A stretch of DNA of 64,000 nt. Origin: a virus. The stretch lies in IMG/VR virus record IMGVR_UViG_3300048694_001134, positions 11,656-75,655 of that record, one strand, 5' to 3'. This document shows, piece after piece, positions 8,913-19,100 of the stretch. Position 1 is the stretch's first letter. Each line of letters opens with the position of its first letter. Under the pieces are notes generated by a model. It did not search any database, was not told the origin of the DNA, and saw only the letters and a program-made list of their open reading frames with translations. The translations under genes were made by a program, and so were the position numbers.

Positions 8913-10943
8913 ATGGCAGGATTCGACTTAGCTCAAACATTTTTTCTTGATAAAGATGCTGTCCAGGGTGCTGATGTAGCTAGCATTACTGGTGTTGATC
9001 TTTACATATATGGTAAACCAGTCGCAGGAAAGACCAAGTCTGGTATAGACAAACCTGGTATTTCTATCTTTCTTTGTGGATGCAACGAAGATGGCTCTCC
9101 TGATCTAACACTGTTCCATCACACATTCTCAGCACGAGTTGATTACGATAACATTATTGCAGATACGGATGGCGGGGATGCAACGTCATTCATATTCAAT
9201 CAGCCATTGCCAGCACCGACTGATCGCAAATACGCAATTATGATAAAGTTTGACGGTAGTGATCCAGATTTTAAAATTTGGTATAACAAAGCTGGTGAAA
9301 ACATTCTTGGTACCACGCAGAAGACTTCTGTATCATCTGGTAAAGTAGACGGTTCATTGTTCACCATGACTAATGGCAAAAGTCTTACACCGGTCGTAGA
9401 TGCCGATCTATCATTCCGCGTCAAAGTGGCAAAGCACACATCATTGTCAATGACTTTCCTAATAAAGAATCGTCCTTACGAGCTGATGGACGTGACGGAT
9501 AAGGTTGGTATTTTCAAGGGTGGTGAAGACATTTACAAAGTATCAGCTAATGCAGCAGGTACTGTAAGCATCAACGCTGCTTCATTGTCTCTTATTGGTA
9601 ACGGAACAAGCTTCTCCACTCTCAACGTCGGAGATGCGTTTGTTATTACGGACGGTACAACGGATAACACGGAGGTGCGTGTTGTCACTTCAAGAGCAAA
9701 TAACACACTACTAACAATCAACGAACAGCCATCGTTTACAAATGCTGTCGGTAAATATTACAAAACCGCCACAGCAAAAATGTTTTACAGTGATGGTGTC
9801 TCGGATAACATGGTTGTAAATGATTCAACATCAAACAGTACTGTGTACTTTGCAAGCAACGATGTAATCCGTGGTGTTGATTCTCTAGCAGAGGCAAAAA
9901 TAACTTCTATTATTGATTATCAGCTAAACAGCGTTGTCCCTAACTTTACAATAAGAACACCTGGAGGCACAACAGCTGTCTCAACGTTAAATTTTGCAAA
10001 CAATGGTGGTGTAATTGATGCAACGCGACAGGTTGACGCAACACTAGGTCAGCGTATGTTTGTTAATCAGTATGACGCTGTTATGCTTTCAGAAACAAAT
10101 AGAGTGCTTGCGGGTAAATCAAATCCGTTTGCGGGAACACTGACATTTACTACAAACAACCCCTTTGTTTCTCCTTATGTGAGAGAAGAAAACCTTGACT
10201 TGTTCGTCGAGCGTTATAGTATAAACAACATATCAACTAACGAACATAAGGGATCGGGTCTATCGCAGGCTCGTTATATAACCAAGCCCATCGACTTGGC
10301 TGATCAAGTATCAGAAGATATGAAGTTGTACATCCGTGGTTATAGACCAGCAGGAACAACAATAGAAGCATATGCGCGCTTCCACAATAGCGAAGATCCG
10401 GAAAGTATTGATTTGAAAGACTGGACACAGCTTTCCTTTGCCGGCACAGACGTTCCGTACAGTAGCCCTTCAAACATTTACGACTTTAAGGAGTTGCCGT
10501 TTGAGATGCCTCTTTATGGCTCAGGCACAGCAGCAACTGGTACATTCACCGTATCTTCTGCATGTACCGTTATTACGGGAACGAGCGGTACAGTCAATAC
10601 CGACATAGCCGTCGGATCGACGGTGCGTGTATACTCGTCAACATTTACAAACAACTATTTCGTTGATACGGTTGTTGCTTCAAACTCGACCACAATTACG
10701 GTTGCAACTGGCCCAGGATCAAACGCAAGCGTGTTGGGTAGTGGATTTAAGATTGATGTTGTATCTCGTCCGCAAAGTGCCTTCCTCGATGTACAATCGG
10801 GTAATGTATTGACATACTTTAACAAAGCTGGAGCTATCTTTAGAGGCTATGACAAATTCACTGTCAAATTAGTTCTTCTATCAGAAGATGGTATTAGAAT
10901 ACCGTACGTCGATGATGTGCGTGCAATTGCGGTATCAGCATGA
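8913..10943 (+). CDS. VrlC-like protein, C-terminal part
   Basis: DLAQTFF...ITGVDLY at start, ARYITKPIDL and FTVKLVLLS...PYVDDVRAIAVSA at end match the VrlC C-terminal region. Confidence 0.7.
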   Translation: MAGFDLAQTFFLDKDAVQGADVASITGVDLYIYGKPVAGKTKSGIDKPGISIFLCGCNEDGSPDLTLFHHTFSARVDYDNIIADTDGGDATSFIFNQPLPAPTDRKYAIMIKFDGSDPDFKIWYNKAGENILGTTQKTSVSSGKVDGSLFTMTNGKSLTPVVDADLSFRVKVAKHTSLSMTFLIKNRPYELMDVTDKVGIFKGGEDIYKVSANAAGTVSINAASLSLIGNGTSFSTLNVGDAFVITDGTTDNTEVRVVTSRANNTLLTINEQPSFTNAVGKYYKTATAKMFYSDGVSDNMVVNDSTSNSTVYFASNDVIRGVDSLAEAKITSIIDYQLNSVVPNFTIRTPGGTTAVSTLNFANNGGVIDATRQVDATLGQRMFVNQYDAVMLSETNRVLAGKSNPFAGTLTFTTNNPFVSPYVREENLDLFVERYSINNISTNEHKGSGLSQARYITKPIDLADQVSEDMKLYIRGYRPAGTTIEAYARFHNSEDPESIDLKDWTQLSFAGTDVPYSSPSNIYDFKELPFEMPLYGSGTAATGTFTVSSACTVITGTSGTVNTDIAVGSTVRVYSSTFTNNYFVDTVVASNSTTITVATGPGSNASVLGSGFKIDVVSRPQSAFLDVQSGNVLTYFNKAGAIFRGYDKFTVKLVLLSEDGIRIPYVDDVRAIAVSA

Positions 10944-11164
10944 CAGATAAGTTTTTAAAAACACAAGATAGCAGGTTTGTACGAGATCGTAGGTCTACGG
11001 CCATTCTAAATATAGACAAACAAGGGTACGCACACTACCTCAAAGAACGAGAAAAGCATTTGCAACTTTACAAGGCAGTTGATCAGGTTCAGAGCCTGCA
11101 GCAGGAGATGAGTGATATAAAACAGATGCTACAACAATTATTGAACGGGAAGACAAATGGCTAA
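10940..11164 (+). CDS. Small conserved hypothetical protein (coiled-coil C-terminus)
   Basis: ATGA overlap; FVRDRRSTAILN motif like small genes following VrlC in T4-like phages. Confidence 0.65.
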   Translation: MTDKFLKTQDSRFVRDRRSTAILNIDKQGYAHYLKEREKHLQLYKAVDQVQSLQQEMSDIKQMLQQLLNGKTNG

Positions 11165-13031
11165 AGCAATAGCAAACGTTGTTATCGCATCAGATTCCTT
11201 TGCGACGTGGATTGGTATAACCAATCAGATGGCTGATACGTTTACTAATCAAGCATTGACAGCAAACAGCGCCGCAGCGGGCGCTACCGTCACTGGCAAC
11301 TCACAGTTGGTTGGTATTTTTGCAGCTAATACAATTGGTATAGGAACAGCTCTCCGTGGTGGTAACGTTGCAACGTCAGCGAACCTTACCATTACATCTA
11401 ACGCAAGCTTCACTGGCGCTAATCTACACAGCTCCGCAAACGTGTTTTTGAACGCGGCTAATGTTGATGTCAACACAACAATAACCACGCTGCGCGGTGG
11501 TAGTGTTACTGTTACGTCTAATGCATATACAAACGCAGCTAACGTTTTTGTTAATGCGGCAGCGATGACTATTCAAGGCGGACAAGCGACTGTCTCCTCA
11601 AACGTTGATATTAATAACGCAAACACGACTATCCGTGGCGGTCAAGCGTCAATTACGTCAAACACCTATATTCAGGCTGCTAACGTTTATGTGAACGCAG
11701 CTTCTACTATTGCCCTAGGTAACACAACCTTAAAAGGCAACACGTCTGTTAACAACATAGTTCTGACAGGTAACGCAACGTCGACAAACGTTGACTTGAA
11801 TGTGTCCCAATTGACTATTAATGCTGTGTCTATTGCCACCGGTAACACAACGTTGAAAGGCAACACGTCATCAAGTTCAGTCGTATTGACAGGCAACGCA
11901 ACGTCAACAAATCTTGATGTCGCTGTCTCTCAGTTAACCGTGGGTGCAGTTTCTGTATTCACAGGTAATACAACAATCAAAGCAAATAGTACCGTAACAG
12001 TTGCAACAATTGTTGGCAATTCAACGGCAACAAACGTTGCTGTTACCGCAACAGGTTTCAACATCAACGCAGTCACAATTGCAACGGGTAACACGACAAT
12101 TAAAGCAAACAGTTCTCTCTCAAGCGTAGTGTTAACCGCTAATGCAACGGTGAGTAACTTGAATATTAGTGTTGATACACTATCCGTGACGGGTATTGTC
12201 TCTCTAGCAAATACACTCGGCGTTGCTGGTGCCGGCACTGTTAACGGAGCCTTCACTGTTAACAATACAGCAGCTGTTGGCAATACATCAATTACCGGTT
12301 TTGCGAATGTTAGCACAACACTTAACGTCGTTGGTAACGCAACGGTCAATGGTGCGCTGACAGTCAATAATACAGCATCAGTTGGTAATACGACAATTAC
12401 AGGATTTGCAAACGTCAGCTCGACATTGAACGTTACCGCAAACGCAACAGTTAACGGTGCGTTTTTAGTCAACAACGTAGCTGCTGCTGGTAATACTTCT
12501 ATTACGGGGTTCATCAACGTTTCTTCAACAGCAAATATTGGTGGTGTGCTATCAGCGCGCGCTAACGTTGTTGCTAATGGCCAGTTGATTGTATCTAATG
12601 CAGTGTCGGTTGGTAACACAACAATTACAGGTTTCCTCAATGTTTCAAGTACAACAGCGTTAGGCGGTGATGTAACAATTCAGACGGAAATTGTACAAAC
12701 CGTTGTTACTAATACAAACATTGGTAACGCCAATGCTGCCGGTTCATTTACACCTGTTGAGATCTTTAGCTTCCCTATTGGTACGTATCATGGTGCAAAG
12801 ATTCTTTCACGTACAACAACAAGAACTGGTGCCAATACACAAGTTCAAGAGCTTGTAATTGCGCAGAATGAGACAGACGTTACTCTTACATCCTATGCCG
12901 TTGTTGCTGCTCCTGAAGGTGCTAACGTTGGTGTGTATTCAGCAACAATAAATAGCTCAGCTGTTTCAGTTAAATTCCAACAAACAAGCGCTAACACTAG
13001 TGCCAAGTTGTTTGTGCAGTACATAAAATAA
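11157..13031 (+). CDS. Tail-fibre-like protein with N/T/A/V-rich beta repeats
   Basis: SDSFATW N-terminus; repeats GNTTLKGN and VNNTAAVGNTSITGFANVS; C-terminal globular domain. Confidence 0.7.
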   Translation: MAKAIANVVIASDSFATWIGITNQMADTFTNQALTANSAAAGATVTGNSQLVGIFAANTIGIGTALRGGNVATSANLTITSNASFTGANLHSSANVFLNAANVDVNTTITTLRGGSVTVTSNAYTNAANVFVNAAAMTIQGGQATVSSNVDINNANTTIRGGQASITSNTYIQAANVYVNAASTIALGNTTLKGNTSVNNIVLTGNATSTNVDLNVSQLTINAVSIATGNTTLKGNTSSSSVVLTGNATSTNLDVAVSQLTVGAVSVFTGNTTIKANSTVTVATIVGNSTATNVAVTATGFNINAVTIATGNTTIKANSSLSSVVLTANATVSNLNISVDTLSVTGIVSLANTLGVAGAGTVNGAFTVNNTAAVGNTSITGFANVSTTLNVVGNATVNGALTVNNTASVGNTTITGFANVSSTLNVTANATVNGAFLVNNVAAAGNTSITGFINVSSTANIGGVLSARANVVANGQLIVSNAVSVGNTTITGFLNVSSTTALGGDVTIQTEIVQTVVTNTNIGNANAAGSFTPVEIFSFPIGTYHGAKILSRTTTRTGANTQVQELVIAQNETDVTLTSYAVVAAPEGANVGVYSATINSSAVSVKFQQTSANTSAKLFVQYIK

Positions 13032-13042
13032 TAAGGTAAGTA

Positions 13043-14251
13043 ATGGCTGCTAGTAATACAAAATTCAAAGTCGATAACGGATTAGAGGTTGTTGGTACAG
13101 CCAACGTTAGCGGCAACTTCAGAGTTGAAGGTGACTTTGCGGTTGGGGGTAACCTCGCTTTTAGTGGTACGAGCTCGGCCGACTATAAACCTACGACTGA
13201 CGATACGTATGCCCTAGGTAACACATCAACCCGCTGGATTGTATATTCTTCAAAAGGGTTTTTTGGTAATGTAACGTCGACTGGTATTGCACAGCTTACA
13301 AACGCAACGGCAGATGTAATAATTCCAACGTCGAATGCTGCAGCACAGTTTGGTTCTGCTACACGTCTATGGCAAGTGACAGCAAACACTGTTACAGCTG
13401 TAACAACAGCAGTATCTAATACGGAAAGTATTGTTGGAACATCGGCAACATTCAATGCCTTGTCTGGTGTTTCTTCAGCAATAGACTTTATTACAACTAT
13501 TGCAGCACATGGATTTTCTAATGGCGAACTCGTTCAATACCTTGTAGCTGCTGGCAATACAGCTTTGAGTGGACTGACAAATGCGTCCTTCTATTATGTC
13601 ATTTCTGCTAACACGACTGGCTTCCAGCTATCAACAACGTTCGGTGGGTCAAACGTAAACATAACAGCCGGCTCGACAAGCGAGACAGGCCACACGCTTG
13701 TCCCAGTGAGAATCGTACTTTCAAGCAACGGTTCCCTATTTGCACCAGCCGGCGTTGCAAACGTGGGTACACTCCGTGTACTTAATAATGCTGTCGTTAA
13801 TGGTACACTGACAATCGCTAATGCATCAAGTTTTTCTGGCAACGTCGCTGTGGCCGTAGATGCGTTGTTCGTTGATACGGTTAATAAAGTTGTTGGTATC
13901 AAGAACAATTCACCATCCTCAACGGATGCTGTCACGATAACAGGTAACGTCTTTTTCACTGCAGCAAACACTGGACTCAGACTGCGCAGTACAGCAAACA
14001 CCTCACAAAACGCATCAATTGCGTTTATGACGAGTAATACATCCAACAGTCGTCTAACGTTTACGACGTACGATAATTCAAACTCTTCTGTCAAGGATGG
14101 TGGCTTTGCATTCAACTTACAACAGAATGCTAGTTCGACTACGACGGGATTGACGATTGACATGACAAACGTTCAATATAAGGGTGGTAATGTCGTGCAC
14201 GCAGGAAACTTTGGCATTTATAATGTCAGCGGCACACGTGTAGGACCATGA
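13043..14251 (+). CDS. Tail-fibre-like structural protein
   Basis: FKVDNGLEV start, PTTDDTYALGNTSTRW fibre motif, HGFSNGELVQY module. Confidence 0.65.
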   Translation: MAASNTKFKVDNGLEVVGTANVSGNFRVEGDFAVGGNLAFSGTSSADYKPTTDDTYALGNTSTRWIVYSSKGFFGNVTSTGIAQLTNATADVIIPTSNAAAQFGSATRLWQVTANTVTAVTTAVSNTESIVGTSATFNALSGVSSAIDFITTIAAHGFSNGELVQYLVAAGNTALSGLTNASFYYVISANTTGFQLSTTFGGSNVNITAGSTSETGHTLVPVRIVLSSNGSLFAPAGVANVGTLRVLNNAVVNGTLTIANASSFSGNVAVAVDALFVDTVNKVVGIKNNSPSSTDAVTITGNVFFTAANTGLRLRSTANTSQNASIAFMTSNTSNSRLTFTTYDNSNSSVKDGGFAFNLQQNASSTTTGLTIDMTNVQYKGGNVVHAGNFGIYNVSGTRVGP

Positions 14252-14252
14252 A

Positions 14253-16142
14253 ATGGGAAGACCTCTTAGAGCGAAATATAGCGGTGCAGTCGCTATTGGG
14301 GTTCAGGAGATGTCGGATGCAGAGATTGCAGACATCATTCTTCCTAAGCTAGTCAACTATGCAGTAGCTAATCCGGACTCTGTTTATGGGTCAAAATTAA
14401 GAATCAATGGTGCTGGCGCCTATGATGTTAATCGTGGCACGTTCACTGACTATCGCACGTCAAGTTATGGCGGCGCTCATCCAATTACGGTTGATCTTAT
14501 CAACACGTACAACTTTACTCAGAATGAACGTGCACTAACTCCTTCCCTCTCAGCACGTCCTGTTCATTATATCCAAAACGGTAATGAACAGCAAGTTGTT
14601 GAGATGTCTAATTCAGACATTTACGATTACCTTCTTCCTACCATTATCGATACAATGGCGTATCGTTACTGGCTCCTTGACAACATCTATACGCCATCAG
14701 GATTGTCATTTCCAGGTACATGGGTTAGTGTTGGAACTTTTGCAGATACGTATTGGTCCTCAACGTCATTGATAACAGTCAACTACACGCTATGGCAACG
14801 AACAGATACGTTGTCAGTGGGCACGACATACAGACCTCTCAAACAAACAATTGTGAGTGGTGAATCTCGGCTCGTAGAAATGACGGATCTTGAGATAGAA
14901 TCAATGTATGTGTGCATTGGCGAATCAATTCGTACAAAGGGGATAGGTCAATACTCATTTAGTACATCTGCGCCTGGTACTGGTACATGGACATCGGTAG
15001 GATCGGCTATTGACCGTTTGAATATAAATTACGATGTAAACTACACAGGATCGTATGCAGGCACTTACGTTGGTAGTTACACGGGGATCTACGCTGGTAC
15101 GTATCAAAGCACGTTTACCGGCCAATATGGTAACACCTTTACTGCGCTGTACACTGGTATCTACAACCTACTGACACCGTTCACTGGCGGATATGCAGGA
15201 ACGTATCAGCAAGCATTTACAGGAGCATTCTCTGGATCGTACACCGGCGCGTTCAGTGGTTTGTACAATTCTTCATTCAGCGCTGCGTATCAAGGTACAT
15301 ACACGGGTGGATATGCAAACAGCTACACGGGCGCATACAGTGGTAACTACATTATATACTTTACGGGAATATATGCAGGCACATACACTGGTCTGTTTAA
15401 CCGTACAAGTTACACGGGCGCTTACACAAGCGTGTATAGACGCACATTTGGTGGTCGAGAAGAAAACTGGTATGCGTCAAGCTACGCTGGAGCGTATAAC
15501 AGCTTTGCCCTGACATATATTGGTTATTTCACTGGTTCATTCAGACGTACATATGGTAGTAATGAGCAGGGTTATTATTCACAAGCGTTTGTTGGAGCAT
15601 ACGGTCCAGGCGGCACTGTCAGCTATATCGGTTATTATGTTGGCTCGTTTAGACGCACATATGGTAGCAGTGAGCAAGGTTATTATTCGCAAGCGTTTGT
15701 TGGAACATACCGCGGTGTATCGAAATCTTGGACAGGTAATTATGCAGGTGGGTACACGACAGGATACTACACGGGCGTCTATAGTCAGGCTTGGACAGCT
15801 GTTTGGTCCGGAGCATATACACGAGTAGTTAATCAAACATTCACCTCTACGTACAGCGGCGCGTATAGTAAAGCATTCGTAGGATCTTACGCTCAATCAT
15901 TTACCGGTGCTTTCACCGGGATATATACAGGAGCATATTCTTCATTAGTACCATACACGGGAGCTTATAACAGAGTCTACAGTGGCGGGTTCACAGGCGC
16001 TTATACAAGTGCATACTCGGGAGCATACACGGGCGTATATACGCGGGCGTGGACCGGAACGTATACAGGAGTTTACACAGGCCTCACTGCACAAAACACG
16101 CTGCAGACAATGACAAAGAGCTTGTACGTTCGTACAGCTTAA
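14253..16142 (+). CDS. Aromatic-x-Gly-x repeat fibre protein, short paralog (629 aa)
   Basis: Three N-terminal RP...EM(S/T)D.(D/E)I domains, then about 30+29 tetrapeptide units around three central ~36-aa repeats. Confidence 0.8.
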   Translation: MGRPLRAKYSGAVAIGVQEMSDAEIADIILPKLVNYAVANPDSVYGSKLRINGAGAYDVNRGTFTDYRTSSYGGAHPITVDLINTYNFTQNERALTPSLSARPVHYIQNGNEQQVVEMSNSDIYDYLLPTIIDTMAYRYWLLDNIYTPSGLSFPGTWVSVGTFADTYWSSTSLITVNYTLWQRTDTLSVGTTYRPLKQTIVSGESRLVEMTDLEIESMYVCIGESIRTKGIGQYSFSTSAPGTGTWTSVGSAIDRLNINYDVNYTGSYAGTYVGSYTGIYAGTYQSTFTGQYGNTFTALYTGIYNLLTPFTGGYAGTYQQAFTGAFSGSYTGAFSGLYNSSFSAAYQGTYTGGYANSYTGAYSGNYIIYFTGIYAGTYTGLFNRTSYTGAYTSVYRRTFGGREENWYASSYAGAYNSFALTYIGYFTGSFRRTYGSNEQGYYSQAFVGAYGPGGTVSYIGYYVGSFRRTYGSSEQGYYSQAFVGTYRGVSKSWTGNYAGGYTTGYYTGVYSQAWTAVWSGAYTRVVNQTFTSTYSGAYSKAFVGSYAQSFTGAFTGIYTGAYSSLVPYTGAYNRVYSGGFTGAYTSAYSGAYTGVYTRAWTGTYTGVYTGLTAQNTLQTMTKSLYVRTA

Positions 16143-16157
16143 CTATTTTTTGTTTCT

Positions 16158-19100
16158 ATGGCCATAACATCACTTAAGTACAATACAGCGTTAAAGGGAT
16201 TACAGGCAATGTCCAATACGGACGTTGCTAGTTACCTTTCGCCTGTTATTGGAGCATACTTTGCTTCAAACACAAGTGTTGGTTCTCTTGCTGTTGGTTC
16301 AATGGCTAATGGTACATCGATCGGTACATGGGTCGATACTTACCGGACAGACTCGCTCGGTACGCACCCCGTCAATGCTGGTGCTATTACCACAAACAGC
16401 ACAACGCTCTATCAAGATCTTTCCAACTCCTCTTTAAATGAAACGACAGTACGACCTCTTGGGTGGAGTACGAGTAATAACTATTTCAAAGAGTTTACTG
16501 ATACGGATATAAAAGACAATCTTTGTAATGCAGTTTTACAGGGCATGCTTCTTTCCGGCGCAGGCGCATACGTGCTTCAGCCAACGGCTCCTGCTACTGG
16601 TACATGGGCGTCTCGAGGAACGTTAACAAATACGTTAACTACAGGAACAACAAACACAACAACGCTTTGGCAGCGCACAGATAGTACCGCTTCAACGGTT
16701 ACAAGACCTATCAAGTTTGCGGCTGGCGTGCGCGAGATGACTGATGATGATATCAGAACATTAACGCATAAAGTTCGTAACTACATTGTCACAAACGGTA
16801 TTGGACAATATCAGTTATCAGCAACAACGCCTGTAACACCAGGAACATGGGTTCAAGCAGGTAGCGGTTTTGATGATACGCGTTATCAAACTCAAGACCA
16901 AGCATATGCTGGCACGTACCAACAAGCATTCACCGGCGCCTACACAGCAGCGTACACGGGAGCCTATGGTGGGAACTTTACCGGCGTTTACAATCAAACT
17001 TTCTCCGGAACTTACCAACAGGCATTTAGCGCAGCATACACTGGCCTGTACACAGGTGTTTATAGCCAAGCGTTCACAGGAAGCTACACTAACACGTTCA
17101 CGGGCGCTTTTACTGGTGCTTATGTAGGTACGTTCTCCGGAGCATACACAGGTGCTTATTCACGTGTGTTCACTGGCTCATATACAGGCGCATACACTGG
17201 TATATACAGCCAAACGTTTACAGGGTCATACACAGGCAGTTACAATCAAACATTTACTGGCGCTTACACTGGTATCTACAACCAGACGTTTACTGGTACC
17301 TATGCTGGTAATTATCAGCAGACATTTACTGGCGCATACACAGGTAATTATAACCAAACGTTCACGGGCACGTACAGTGGCGGGTACATTGGATATTTTA
17401 CTGGCTCTTACGCTGGCACATATTCAAGCGTGTTCAGTGGTTCATATACCGGTGCTTACACGGGCGTATACAATCAGACGTTCACCGGAGCGTATGCTGG
17501 CAGTTACATAGGATACTTTACTGGTTCTTACGCGGGTACATATTCGCGCGTGTTTAGTGGTTCATATACTGGTACCTATACCGGTGTCTACAATCAAACG
17601 TTCACAGGTGCGTACGCTGGTGGATACGTTGGCTACTTTACTGGCTCTTACGCCGGCACATACTCACGTGTGTTTAGCGGTTCATATACTGGATTGTATT
17701 CTGGCGGATATACTGGTTACTTCACGGGCAACTACACGGGGTATTATACTGGTTACTTTACAGGTAATTACACGGGTGCTTATTCACGTGTGTTTACTGG
17801 AGCGTACGCTGGTGCATATACGGGATATTATACTGGGTACTTCACCGGGTACTATGCAGGATCATATACCCGCGTGTGGACGGGATCGTATGCTGGTACG
17901 TACGGTCAAACATGGACGGGTGTGTATGCTGGCGCTTATGCGCGATCGTGGACGGGCACATATACGGGCTACTTCACGGGCAATTACACTGGTTACTACG
18001 CAGGAGCGTACACGGGGTACTACACTGGTTATTTTACTGGATACTATACAGGGTATTATGCACGTGTAAGCTACACAGGATATTATACTCGAGTATTCAG
18101 TCGCACGTATGGCGGCAACGTTGCGGGTGGTGGCTGGTTTGCAGGTAGTTTTGTTGGTACTTATAACGTCAACGCAGTCTCTTATGTTGGGTATTATACT
18201 CGAGTATTCAGTCGCACGTATGGCGGCAACGTTGCGGGTGGTGGCTGGTTTGCAGGTAGTTTTGTTGGTGCCTATAATGCAACCGGGGCAGTCTACATGG
18301 GCTACTATGTTGGCTCGTTCAGTCGCACGTATGGCGGCAACACTGCGGGCTGGTATTCATCTAGCTACCTTGGTGGTTATCAAAACGTGGCTAAAGCGTT
18401 TGCAGGTAGTTACGCAAGTTCATTTGCCGGTGCGTATACAGGCGCGTACGCAGGAACGTATGCGGGCGCCTATGCACAAAGCTTTGCAGGAACGTATACT
18501 TCATACTTTACAGGTAACTATACTGGTTCGTATTCTCAATACTGGACGGGAACTTATGCTGGAAATTACTCAGCGACTTGGACAGGAACATACGCCGGCG
18601 TATATGCAAATACATTTGTAGGGTATTACACTGGCGTGTACGCAGGTAATTACACGGGAACGTTCTCAGGTATATACGCTGGTGCTTATGCGCAAGCGTT
18701 CGCTGGTTTGTATGCTGGCACATATGCACAGGTGTTCACAGGAACATATGCTGGCGCATATGTTGGTAACTACACTGGTAGCTTCACTGGCGCGTACGCT
18801 GGTGCGTACGCTCAAACGTTTACAGGTATCTATAGCGGTGGTTATGTGGGTGCATTCACAGGCCAATACAGCGGCGCCTATATTGGTAACTATACAGGTA
18901 GCTTCACCGGCGCATATGCAGGAGCTTATGCACAATCATTCACTGGGTCATACAGCGGCGGTTATGTTGGCTCGTTTACCGGACAGTACAGCGGCGCCTA
19001 TATTGGCAACTATACCGGTAGCTTTACTGGCGCGTATGCCGGCGCGTATGCGCAGACATTCACCGGACTGTATAGTGGTGGCTACGTTGGTACGTTTACT

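Noticed and set aside
11930-12640. 236-aa minus-strand ORF and similar antisense ORFs over fibre genes
   Set aside because: Antisense shadows of N/T/A/V-rich genes.
18081-18269. DGR template/variable repeat pair
   Set aside because: Copies are identical and tandem with no adenine-specific differences; no reverse transcriptase in the window.
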